The notes below the pieces were generated by a model. The model searched no databases and was not told the origin of the DNA. It saw only the letters and a list, made by a program, of their open reading frames with translations. From the NCBI GenBank assembly GCA_942492765.1, contig OW818634.1, positions 601,159 to 665,158 of the forward strand: DNA of 64,000 nt. The letters are read 5' to 3'. Positions 46,939 through 54,743 of this stretch are shown in pieces (position 1 is the first letter of the stretch; the number at the start of each line of letters is the position of its first letter). The stretch is from an uncultured bacterium. GTDB lineage: Bacteria; Patescibacteriota; Patescibacteriia; Patescibacteriales; UBA12465. Made by a program: the position numbers and the translations under genes.

Positions 46939-47265
46939 ATGGTTGAGACTAAATTAGAACTCAAACCCGGGATGACCGTCAGAGTTCATCAGAAGATCAA
47001 AGAATTGAATTCCAAGGGAGAGGAAAAAGAGAGAATTCAGTATTTCGAGGGCATGATTATCGCTCGCAAGCACAATAAGGAGGCTGGGGCGACTATCACC
47101 GTTAGAAAAATGTCCGAGGGTATCGGCGTGGAGAAGATCTTTCCGTTGAATCTGCCGACTATCACCAAGATCGAAATCAAGAAAGAAGCCGCTGTTAAGC
47201 GCGCTAAGCTTTATTATTTGCGTGATGGCTATAAGAAAAAATTAAAAGAGAAGGTCGTTAAATAA
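46939..47265 (+). CDS. rplS: 50S ribosomal protein L19
   Basis: [13 protein letters not shown]....[13 protein letters not shown]...ATITVRK...GVEKIFPL..P. Confidence 0.95.
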   Translation: MVETKLELKPGMTVRVHQKIKELNSKGEEKERIQYFEGMIIARKHNKEAGATITVRKMSEGIGVEKIFPLNLPTITKIEIKKEAAVKRAKLYYLRDGYKKKLKEKVVK

Positions 47266-47283
47266 TTAACGGCTTTTTCCGTC

Positions 47284-47370
47284 GGGCGAATGGTGAAATT
47301 GGTATACACGCAAGCTTGAGGTGCTTGTGGCCGCAAGGCTGTGGAGGTTCAAGTCCTCTTTCGCCCACCA
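47284..47370 (+). tRNA. tRNA-Leu (anticodon GAG), long variable arm, CCA encoded
   Basis: Acceptor GGGCGAA/TTCGCCC, anticodon stem CAAGC/GCTTG, loop TTGAGGT, 3' ACCA. Confidence 0.9.
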
Positions 47371-47402
47371 GACGCTTTAATATCTGGCGCTAGGCGCCAA
47401 AA

Positions 47403-47476
47403 GGGCGCATAGCTCAGCTGGTTAGAGCACTTCGTTTACACCGAAGGGGTCCAGGGTTCGAATCCTTGTGCGCCCA
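47403..47476 (+). tRNA. tRNA-Val (anticodon TAC)
   Basis: Acceptor GGGCGCA/TGCGCCC, anticodon stem CTTCG/CGAAG, loop TTTACAC, T-loop TTCGAAT. Trailer CAA. Confidence 0.9.
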
Positions 47477-47478
47477 CA

Positions 47479-47518
47479 AAATTAAAATAACGACCCGAAG
47501 AGGTCGTTATTTTAATTT
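47479..47518 (+). terminator. 17-bp perfect hairpin after tRNA-Val
   Basis: aaattaaaataacgacc-cgaaga-ggtcgttattttaattt. Confidence 0.75.
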
Positions 47519-47532
47519 CTGGAGGTACGACA

Positions 47533-47581
47533 GAAGATTCGAAGTTTATACCCCGGAGGGGCAAATCCTTGTGCGCCCACA
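47533..47581 (+). pseudogene. Decayed duplicate of the 3' part of tRNA-Val (anticodon arm to acceptor end)
   Basis: aatccttgtgcgcccaca (47564-47581) is identical to 47461-47478. Upstream, ttcgaagtttataccccggagggg resembles ttcgtttacaccgaagggg of the intact gene. The T-arm 5' half is missing. Confidence 0.6.
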
Positions 47582-47733
47582 TAGGCATTAAACAGGCAAA
47601 ACGTCTGTTTTTTTTGTTAGCCTCGCTATTATTGACAGAAACAAGATTTAATAGTATAATATCATTAGCCTATATTAGTTAAAAATAGGTTAAAGGTACT
47701 TTAATAAGTAAACAACTAAAACCAATATAAATC

Positions 47734-48759
47734 GTGAAAACAAACCGTAAACCTGACGGCTTGAGAACCCATCGGGTTTTCGCCATCGCTATGATTTTTG
47801 TGACTGCCATCTCTCTCTTCTCTTGCTCCAAATGCGATGATGAAGAAGATATTGCCCTGAAGCCAGCCATTGTCATAAAACCAGCTGAAAGGGTAGGCAT
47901 TGATTCGGCCACGCTAGTGGCCAAGCTAGTACCATACGAGAAGGGGACAACCGTCTCGTTTGAGTACAGAATCGCTGCTTCCTGGAACTGGCAAGTTATT
48001 CCTTTGCCCCTAGATTATACTGGCCAGGATTCTATTGCAGTCACGCTCAAGCTCATCGGCCTGACAGCTAATACTAAGTATAGCTTCCGAGCCAAGGCCT
48101 CAAACGCCGGCGGCGACGTCACTACCGCCGAATCAGCCTTCGAGACCTATGCCGTCTCTGACTATGATGGTAATCTATACCACACAGTTACTATCGGTAC
48201 CCAGACCTGGCTCCGAGAAAACCTGAGAGCCACTCATTATGCTAATGGGGAGGACATTCCTAATATCACTAACCCAGAGGCTTGGGGTCAATTAACTACC
48301 GGCGCTTATTGTTGGTATGATAATGATCCTAAAAACGGGAAGGTCTATGGCGCGCTCTACAATTGGTATGTCGGCGCTAACAATGACAAAGTCTTGATTG
48401 ACGGCTGGCATGTGCCGACGGTTTATCAGTTTGCCGATTTGAGAAGATTCCTGGGAGAATATTATTATGCTGGGCCAGCCCTAATGGAGGCGGGAACAAC
48501 CCACTGGGTTGCTCCGGACAGACCAGGAACAAATAGTTCAGGGTTTACGGCCTTACCCAATGGCATTTTTGGTCATGATCCAGTAACCTTCAAGTTCGTT
48601 TTTATGAATTTAAGAGAAGATGCCGTTCTTTGGACCGCCACTGAAGCGACCCCGCTCGACGCTCACCTGATGGATATTGACCATCGTAATTGCTGGATGG
48701 TCCTGGAAGCATATTATCCAAAAAGCCTCGGATGTGGGCTTCGTTTATTAAAGAATTAG
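47734..48759 (+). CDS. FISH-domain (Fibrobacter succinogenes major paralogous domain) lipoprotein with N-terminal Fn3-like domain
   Basis: Lipobox LFSC. YDGNLYHTVTIGTQTWLRENLRATHYANG...YGALYNWY...GWHVPT...GFTALPNG is the TIGR02145-type pattern. GTG start. Confidence 0.75.
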   Translation: MKTNRKPDGLRTHRVFAIAMIFVTAISLFSCSKCDDEEDIALKPAIVIKPAERVGIDSATLVAKLVPYEKGTTVSFEYRIAASWNWQVIPLPLDYTGQDSIAVTLKLIGLTANTKYSFRAKASNAGGDVTTAESAFETYAVSDYDGNLYHTVTIGTQTWLRENLRATHYANGEDIPNITNPEAWGQLTTGAYCWYDNDPKNGKVYGALYNWYVGANNDKVLIDGWHVPTVYQFADLRRFLGEYYYAGPALMEAGTTHWVAPDRPGTNSSGFTALPNGIFGHDPVTFKFVFMNLREDAVLWTATEATPLDAHLMDIDHRNCWMVLEAYYPKSLGCGLRLLKN

Positions 48760-48875
48760 TTAAATTCCGTGATTTTAAAGGGTACTTAAAATAAGTATCC
48801 TTTTTTTTGAAAATACCTAATATTGTCTATTAAGATGAAAAATGGTATTATTTAATTAGAGTTAATTTTACAAAT

Positions 48876-49556
48876 ATGCCAAAATTTAATCTCTTAAAAA
48901 GTATGAAATCATTCGTATCGCGTTTTAAATTTATCAGTCTAGCCATCTTAGCGGTTTTAATCCTTATTCCAATTGTAGTAGTTGCCGTTAATGAACCACA
49001 GACTGGGTACAAAGTTCTTCAAAATGCATTAAGTGTACCTGTCTTTTTCATGGATAACGTCTCGACCGTGCATGCGACCGGAGTCTGTATCAATAACGTC
49101 ACTGGCGATAGCCGGACGGATTCTTCTCATATAGTTGGCATCGATTATTTCGTTCCGACTAAGACCGCAACCGAATTCGCCAGTTTTTCCGCTTTTAGAA
49201 ATACTTCCCATCTTATCCCGGTAAGCTGTATCGGCGACTTGGTTTGTACCGGCCCAGGCGAGACTTGCCTTAATGCTCCTGGAGATTGCGGCGCGTGTGC
49301 TCCGGCAGGTCCTTGCGACTATGACGAGATCTGTGATCAAGATGAGGGGCAGGATTGTCAAGATTGTGATGCCTATTGCGATAATGACTGTAGCTGTGAA
49401 GAACATGATTCTTACATCCCGGAGTGTGCTGACTGCTATCCTTATATCAATTGCGGCGTCCCTCAAGAGCCTGATTGCTGGTGTGGCGATGGATACTGCG
49501 ATACTCGGTGCGAAGACTACGGCTCTTGCGCCGTGGATTGCCCCTTCGGCACCTAA
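48876..49556 (+). CDS. Secreted/anchored protein with an extremely Cys- and Asp-rich C-terminal domain
   Basis: N-terminal TM. The last ~110 aa carry about 26 Cys among D/E/G/P (CTGPGETCLNAPGDCGACAPAGPCDYDEICDQDEGQDCQDCDAYCDNDCSCEE...). No family recognised. Confidence 0.55.
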   Translation: MPKFNLLKSMKSFVSRFKFISLAILAVLILIPIVVVAVNEPQTGYKVLQNALSVPVFFMDNVSTVHATGVCINNVTGDSRTDSSHIVGIDYFVPTKTATEFASFSAFRNTSHLIPVSCIGDLVCTGPGETCLNAPGDCGACAPAGPCDYDEICDQDEGQDCQDCDAYCDNDCSCEEHDSYIPECADCYPYINCGVPQEPDCWCGDGYCDTRCEDYGSCAVDCPFGT

Positions 49557-49590
49557 TTAGATAGAGGTTTAAAAATTAATCATTTAAAAT

Positions 49591-50019
49591 ATGAACAAGA
49601 AATATCTTAAACTCTCTATCCAGATAATATTCATCCTGCTCGTTTTAGCTCTAGCGCTCTACTTAATAAATCAAAAGATGGGTAATCGGTTATTCAAGTT
49701 CGGAACGGATGATGGCATTAAGGCCACTAGCACCGTGAAGGATCTTATGACTGAAGACGAAAAATTTTCTCTCGGCCTCTATCATCTTGGTATTTTCGAG
49801 GTGCTTTCCCGGAATGAGCTAGGGCGACCGACCGCATTCAAACTTATCGGAGTAGACGAGCCGCAAGCTATTGGAATCGATCTGATGAGCGATGCAGAGA
49901 AGGCCAAGAAGCGGATAGCCGCCAGCACCTATGTCCAAGTTCTAAAGAGAGATAGCAGCGGCCGGATATTGGAATATAGAATAATGAAAGATGCGAATGA
50001 TATTATGGAAAAATACTAA
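49591..50019 (+). CDS. Hypothetical membrane-anchored protein, paralog A of 51994-52425
   Basis: N-terminal TM. Shares MT.E/DEK..LGL...V.SR...G...A.K..G......L..M.DA.K..R.A.ST.VQ.L..DS.G.I......K...DI...Y with paralog B. Confidence 0.6.
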   Translation: MNKKYLKLSIQIIFILLVLALALYLINQKMGNRLFKFGTDDGIKATSTVKDLMTEDEKFSLGLYHLGIFEVLSRNELGRPTAFKLIGVDEPQAIGIDLMSDAEKAKKRIAASTYVQVLKRDSSGRILEYRIMKDANDIMEKY

Positions 50020-50037
50020 GCATAAAATAGATTAATT

Positions 50038-50068
50038 AAAAAAACCTCTTTGTGAAAAGAGGTTTTTT
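50038..50068. terminator. Bidirectional terminator between paralog A and the CarS-like gene
   Basis: aaaaaacctctt-tgtgaa-aagaggtttttt. Confidence 0.8.
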
Positions 50069-50086
50069 GATAGGTGGAAGACTGGG

Positions 50087-50590
50087 TTAGTAAGGATGCT
50101 CACGCAGGCCGAGCTTGAAGGCGATCAGGCAGGCAAGCGGATGGAGGATGTATGTCAGCAGGATGGCTAAGACGGCGAAAAGCAGATCAATATAATGCAG
50201 CGAGACGAAAATGACCCCCAGCAAGAGCATATAGTCTCCATGATCTATGATGGGCAGGAACTCTCCGCTTTTCATATGTAACCGTCTCTTGACGAAGCTT
50301 CCTAGCGCGTTCCCGGCGTAGACTATCACGGGGATACTAGCCCAGATTATCTCTCCCGCGGCTGAATAGACAGACAAACTTATCGCCAGCGAGAACGCCA
50401 GCCCGATGATATTCACCGAATCTCCTATTAGGCGCTCTCCTCGGAAGTTTAATCCGAAATCTAGAGGATAGTTAAGGTATTTGAATTCGGGCACGTATTT
50501 CTTGACCACGTATAAAAGATTTAGAGAGATATTAGCACTCCAAGCAATAAAGAAATACGCGAAGAAATTAGTAGGTGTCAGCGTTACCAT
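50087..50590 (-). CDS. CDP-archaeol synthase (CarS/DUF46)-like integral membrane protein, divergent
   Basis: 167 aa with about 5 TM. PLDFGLNFRGERLIGDS resembles the CarS P-x-D-x-G...LGDGKT block. GNALGSFVKRRLHMKSGEFLPIIDHGDY resembles GD..GSFIKRR....G...P..DQ.D. The K-T-W-R block and the first D are not conserved. Confidence 0.45.
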   Translation of the reverse strand: MVTLTPTNFFAYFFIAWSANISLNLLYVVKKYVPEFKYLNYPLDFGLNFRGERLIGDSVNIIGLAFSLAISLSVYSAAGEIIWASIPVIVYAGNALGSFVKRRLHMKSGEFLPIIDHGDYMLLLGVIFVSLHYIDLLFAVLAILLTYILHPLACLIAFKLGLREHPY

Positions 50591-51893
50591 AAAGTATGGG
50601 GTTTACTAGCAAGTAATCAGCGATATTGTTCTTACGAAGCTCTCCATTTATGATCGTTAATGTTTCTAATAAGCAAGGATTAAGGAGAACTCTGAGATCG
50701 GTTTGCCATCTAGTCCCGTCTCCAGACGAAGCTCCATTCAGTATTTTAACGTCTTCCGTGTTCGCAAAGGCACTCTTGGTAAGAGGGGTCGGCGTTATCA
50801 GAGTGATTGATAATCTGGGGCGAGGCCTGCCCTTGAAACAATTTATACCGTCTGCGGCTAGCGGCAGATAATTTACGTTCTTGCGGAGACGCCTGGATAA
50901 TTGTCCAATGGATTGAGCTCTTTCCGTTTCTATGATTTTTACCTTTTCTTTGTTCTCATCATAGAAATAAGCCTGGCTTCCTGCCGGCAAGATGATTGAA
51001 GAATAAGAGCGGATATCTCGATCGCCGACGCCGAAGGCCCACCAGCCAATCATGAAAAACGAGAAGAGTAAAAGCAATATCCATGATCTTATTTTTTTCT
51101 CGCTGCCATAGAGGACCAGGGTGTAGAGGAGTATCAGGGCGGCGGGGGCGGCGATAGTTCCGTGGCCGCCATAGCTGAAGAAGTTTATCGCTAAGAAGAT
51201 AGCGCTTATTATCGGGCCGATAATATAATAATATCTGGTTAGCGGCCATTTCCTTTCCTTAAGGATAAAGATGGCGATGAAAATCAGGCCGATGATAAAG
51301 CCGCGATTGAAGATGCCTCCATCTAGAGCGGTCTTGATCAAGGAAAATGAGATTAAGGCATAGCCCAAGATTAAGAAAGACTTCTGTCTGACGTTCTTTC
51401 CTCGGTCATCTAGTAATTTCTTAAAGGAGGTGGCGAAATACAGAATCGCCTGCAATATCAGAGCGATCAGGAGAATAGACCCCAATAGAAATAGCCAGCT
51501 CGGGACTATACCAAGATAGGCGCCGCCGGCATCTGTCGCCTGAAATTTGGTTTTACCTAAATAAGAAGCGACTTGGGCTATCGTTGCCTTAGCGATATGG
51601 GTGTGTTGGAGCGATGAACAGGAAATTTCTCCGTTATGGCCGGTGACGAAGAAAGTCGCCAGTGGCAACTTATTAGAAAGCGCATGGAAGACATGCAGCC
51701 CTAATCCGTAGAGATACATGGCAAGCAGGCTGAGGCCGAACCATCTCCAGCGGAAAGTCCTAAGGGAGTATTTTTTGAGATCAAGGTAGATAGCGCCTAA
51801 AAACAAAAGATATAAGATGAAGAGGATAGTCTTTATCTCGCTGCGGCCGCCGGCGAAGATGTTCACAAATGAGTGGAGTATATCGAATATCAT
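50568..51893 (-). CDS. Hypothetical polytopic membrane protein with a soluble C-terminal domain
   Basis: 441 aa. Overlaps the CarS-like gene start by 23 nt, suggesting an operon. No family recognised. Confidence 0.5.
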   Translation of the reverse strand: MIFDILHSFVNIFAGGRSEIKTILFILYLLFLGAIYLDLKKYSLRTFRWRWFGLSLLAMYLYGLGLHVFHALSNKLPLATFFVTGHNGEISCSSLQHTHIAKATIAQVASYLGKTKFQATDAGGAYLGIVPSWLFLLGSILLIALILQAILYFATSFKKLLDDRGKNVRQKSFLILGYALISFSLIKTALDGGIFNRGFIIGLIFIAIFILKERKWPLTRYYYIIGPIISAIFLAINFFSYGGHGTIAAPAALILLYTLVLYGSEKKIRSWILLLLFSFFMIGWWAFGVGDRDIRSYSSIILPAGSQAYFYDENKEKVKIIETERAQSIGQLSRRLRKNVNYLPLAADGINCFKGRPRPRLSITLITPTPLTKSAFANTEDVKILNGASSGDGTRWQTDLRVLLNPCLLETLTIINGELRKNNIADYLLVNPILYGNADTY

Positions 51894-51993
51894 AGCTTAT
51901 CATAATATTACCATATAGCCTGCCATTTACAAAAAATGACATTGTCAGTTCAGTTATTTGATGGTATAATTTCTATATAATCAATTTAAAAAT

Positions 51994-52425
51994 ATGGACA
52001 AAAGAATAATTAAGATCTTAATCATCCTGTTTTTGTCCCTGATTCTCGCGGTTTTAGCTTTCTACTCCTGGCAGTATTTTCAAGCCCGGAAGAACCAGGC
52101 TGCCGGTAACGCCGCGCCAGCGCTTTCTAATGCTAGCACTTCGGACGAGATGATGACGGCCGAAGAAAAGAAGGCCTTGGGGTTAAATGCTAGGAACGGC
52201 TTCACGGTCGTTTCTAGAGATAAGGACGGCAAGGTGACCGCGTATAAGAGCACTGGCACGATTGAGGCACAGCCTTTGAATTTAGAGTGGATGACCGACG
52301 CCGATAAGATTTGGAGGCGCATGGCGACTAGCACGAGAGTGCAGATTCTTGAGAAAGATAGTACCGGGAGCATAACGGCCTTTAAGATAATCAAGAGTGA
52401 TGCCGATATCGTGAAGACTTATTAG
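51994..52425 (+). CDS. Hypothetical membrane-anchored protein, paralog B of 49591-50019
   Basis: Same length and architecture as paralog A. I estimate one-third or more identical positions over the C-terminal 95 aa by eye. Confidence 0.6.
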   Translation: MDKRIIKILIILFLSLILAVLAFYSWQYFQARKNQAAGNAAPALSNASTSDEMMTAEEKKALGLNARNGFTVVSRDKDGKVTAYKSTGTIEAQPLNLEWMTDADKIWRRMATSTRVQILEKDSTGSITAFKIIKSDADIVKTY

Positions 52426-52455
52426 ACAATAAATGACTACCTAGACATAGAAATA

Positions 52456-52485
52456 AAAAAGGACTTGTTAATCAAGTCCTTTTTG
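52456..52485. terminator. Bidirectional terminator after paralog B / after the dksA-lspA operon
   Basis: aaaaaggacttg-ttaat-caagtccttttt. Confidence 0.8.
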
Positions 52486-52495
52486 ATGTTGGTTT

Positions 52496-52705
52496 TTACA
52501 TTATCTTCATGACCAAGAAGAACGAACCGTCACGATTAATTTCGAGTTCTCGAAATTTTAGTTCCATGACATTTTCTGTCTGTTGCGGTTTTTCCAAGGT
52601 AATATAATTGTCTTGGAAAGGCCGATCCAGGCTCATCTGCGCCCCTTCCGCCAACTTCTCCGCGGCGGTTTTTAAAGACTTTTTGAATGTTTTAGAAATT
52701 TTCAT
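52496..52705 (-). CDS. Hypothetical small protein
   Basis: 69-aa ORF, 8 nt downstream of the kinase-like gene and followed by a terminator. Confidence 0.4.
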   Translation of the reverse strand: MKISKTFKKSLKTAAEKLAEGAQMSLDRPFQDNYITLEKPQQTENVMELKFRELEINRDGSFFLVMKIM

Positions 52706-52712
52706 GGCTATA

Positions 52713-53423
52713 TTATTGTTTATTTCTAATTATCTCAAAAATTTTATTTTTTATTTCTTTCAAGTTAATTTCGTCTGGTTTATATATCATAGTGCTGCCA
52801 TCCGGAAGTTCTTCGTGGTAGGGATCTTCATCAATTAGGAATGATTCGTAGGCATCTCCAAAGTCGATTATTATCGGCTCTCCGGACTCATCAATAAAGA
52901 TATTGCCTTCATGTAAGTCGCGATGAAATATTTTTGCCTTATTAAGTTTTGTGATAATATCTTCTAATTTTGAGAAATAATTATTCCAGTCAAAGCCTTT
53001 TGGCAGCTTATCAAAAGATTTATTTTTAATTATATCCTCAATGGTCATTCCCTTAATTCTTTCTTGAAAAAGAAAGCCGTATCTAGATTCTTGTTTGGAG
53101 AACATCGGCTGGGGAACTATTTTTTTCGGCAGGCCGAAAGAATCGAGAAATTCGGCGTCGGAAAGCTTATCTAAGAATTCTATTTCTTCGTTTACTTTAT
53201 TTTTTAAGAAGACGTTATTTTTTTTAGTTTTTAGACTGTCGACGGCTTTGAGGCAGATAGAGTTTTTTTCTTCCATTATCTTAACTTCGGCGGTCTTGCC
53301 GCTTCCGATATTTTGGCATTTTTTTTCTATATCAGATAAAGTGGCCTCAATGATCTTATTGAAGACATCTGTGTGCCTCTCGAAGCCGACTTCAGTTGTG
53401 GTCATTTTTTCTTTAAATAACAT
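52713..53423 (-). CDS. Small protein-kinase-like fold protein (RIO/Kdo/APH-like)
   Basis: Catalytic-loop-like HRDLHEGNIFID followed by IIDFGDA (DFG-like). Upstream GSGKTAEVK is P-loop/Lys-like. Markedly AT-rich. Confidence 0.55.
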   Translation of the reverse strand: MLFKEKMTTTEVGFERHTDVFNKIIEATLSDIEKKCQNIGSGKTAEVKIMEEKNSICLKAVDSLKTKKNNVFLKNKVNEEIEFLDKLSDAEFLDSFGLPKKIVPQPMFSKQESRYGFLFQERIKGMTIEDIIKNKSFDKLPKGFDWNNYFSKLEDIITKLNKAKIFHRDLHEGNIFIDESGEPIIIDFGDAYESFLIDEDPYHEELPDGSTMIYKPDEINLKEIKNKIFEIIRNKQ

Positions 53424-53923
53424 GCAATTATAGATAAGGTTCCCGCGCTTATCATTATATCGGCTAGGTTAAAGACTGTAAAATACTTAAGCTCTAGATA
53501 GTCGATGACATGGCCGTAAAGCAGCCTATCTTGTATATTACTTATAGCACCAAATAATATAATTGTCAATAGAATAATTGTGTTTTTACGTTCAGATCGG
53601 CTTAAATTATGATTTTTTTTGTTTAATATTAAATAAAAAATATAATAAATCAAACCAAGTATTATTAAAATTATTGTAATATTAAGTAAAATACCGCTAA
53701 AAGGCAGGGAAAAGGCAATATAGGGGTTAGGGGTGAAGCGGAAGACAAGCCAATCGCTCATAAGCTTGAAATAAGCCTCAGGTACGAGCCTCTGAGCGAA
53801 TATTTTCAGATACCGGTCGGCCATAAAAAATATAGCTATACCAAAGGCAATAGCTATATTTTGGAGTTTTATTTTTGAAATAAGCTTATTCATTTTCTTG
53901 GAGCTCGGTCTTGCAGTTAACAC
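53402..53923 (-). CDS. lspA: Lipoprotein signal peptidase (signal peptidase II)
   Basis: NPYIAFSLPF, GAISNIQDRLLYGHVIDYL, FNLADIMISAG. The start is probably the internal MNKLISK. Confidence 0.8.
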   Translation of the reverse strand: MLTARPSSKKMNKLISKIKLQNIAIAFGIAIFFMADRYLKIFAQRLVPEAYFKLMSDWLVFRFTPNPYIAFSLPFSGILLNITIILIILGLIYYIFYLILNKKNHNLSRSERKNTIILLTIILFGAISNIQDRLLYGHVIDYLELKYFTVFNLADIMISAGTLSIIACYLKKK

Positions 53924-54293
53924 AAGAATTAGCTGTCGGTCGAGCTAAGAGGCGCTTAGGCGCAATCGGGTTACCGCAGTATTTGCAGGTGCCATAAGTG
54001 CCATCCTTGATGCGTCCCAGAGTCTTATCAATATCTTCCAGGCTCTTTTCTAGAACCTTTTCAGTCATGATATCAGTGGAATAATCAGTGATTTCTTGGG
54101 CATTCTCATCTGGCTTATCCCCGTATTCCGGGAATTTAGCGCTCAAATCGTCAGCTTCATGAGAATCTTCACGAGATAGGCCGCTCAGGTCGTCCATGAT
54201 CTGCTTCTTTTTAGCTAAGAGCTGAGTTTCTATCTCTTTGATTGTCTTAGCGTCTAGTTCTTTGTCCATATTAGTATAAATTAAAAAAGCCAT
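53886..54293 (-). CDS. DksA/TraR family C4 zinc-finger protein
   Basis: Coiled-coil N-terminus and CKYCGNPIAPKRLLARPTANSCVNC. Confidence 0.8.
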   Translation of the reverse strand: MAFLIYTNMDKELDAKTIKEIETQLLAKKKQIMDDLSGLSREDSHEADDLSAKFPEYGDKPDENAQEITDYSTDIMTEKVLEKSLEDIDKTLGRIKDGTYGTCKYCGNPIAPKRLLARPTANSCVNCKTELQENE

Positions 54294-54380
54294 CTAATAG
54301 CCATTTTTACTGATTTAATTATAGCGAATATTACTATTTATGGCAAGGTTTTTTAAGGTTTTAGCGGGTTAGCTAGGGTT

Positions 54381-54409
54381 TTGACAAGATGAAATCTTTT
54401 TGCTATGAT
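54381..54409 (+). promoter_or_regulatory. Candidate promoter TTGACA-17 nt-TATGAT for tRNA-Asp
   Basis: -35 at 54381-54386 and -10 at 54404-54409. Confidence 0.55.
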
Positions 54410-54450
54410 TTTCCTGTGGCTGAATGAAAATGGCCATTTTTTAAGACCTT

Positions 54451-54524
54451 GGAGTGGTAGCTCAGTTGGTTAGAGCGTCTGCCTGTCACGCAGAAGGTCG
54501 CGGGTTCGAGCCCCGTCCATTCCG
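54451..54524 (+). tRNA. tRNA-Asp (anticodon GTC)
   Basis: Acceptor GGAGTGG/CCATTCC, anticodon stem TCTGC/GCAGA, loop CTGTCAC. Trailer CTA. Confidence 0.9.
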
Positions 54525-54530
54525 CTAATA

Positions 54531-54563
54531 AAATAAACCTGCCCTGCGGCAGGTTTATTTTTT
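54531..54563. terminator. Bidirectional terminator between the convergent tRNA-Asp and tRNA-Arg genes
   Basis: aaataaacctgcc-ctgc-ggcaggtttattt. Confidence 0.8.
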
Positions 54564-54568
54564 GTTTG

Positions 54569-54640
54569 TGCCCCCAGGGGGAATCGAACCCTCATCTTGA
54601 GCTCCGGAAGCTCACGTTCTATCCGTTGAACTATAGAGGC
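54569..54640 (-). tRNA. tRNA-Arg (anticodon CCG)
   Basis: Acceptor GCCTCTA/TGGGGGC (two G:U pairs), anticodon stem TGAGC/GCTCA, loop TTCCGGA, T-loop TTCGATT. One A:C mismatch in the T-stem. Trailer CAA. Confidence 0.75.
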
Positions 54641-54743
54641 GCATATATATGACTGTCTTGATTATTGAACAAACGACCGATAAAATCAAGCGCCAATAAA
54701 AAACCCCCTGATATTTTCAGAGGGTTGTTCTTTTTAAGATTGT

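Noticed and set aside
47479-52490. Calling the region after tRNA-Val a prophage or integrative element.
   Set aside because: I see no integrase, excisionase, transposase or phage structural genes, and no distal copy of the att-like 18-mer in the window. Only the tRNA fragment and accessory-type gene content support the idea, so it is reported as a scar or possible island remnant.
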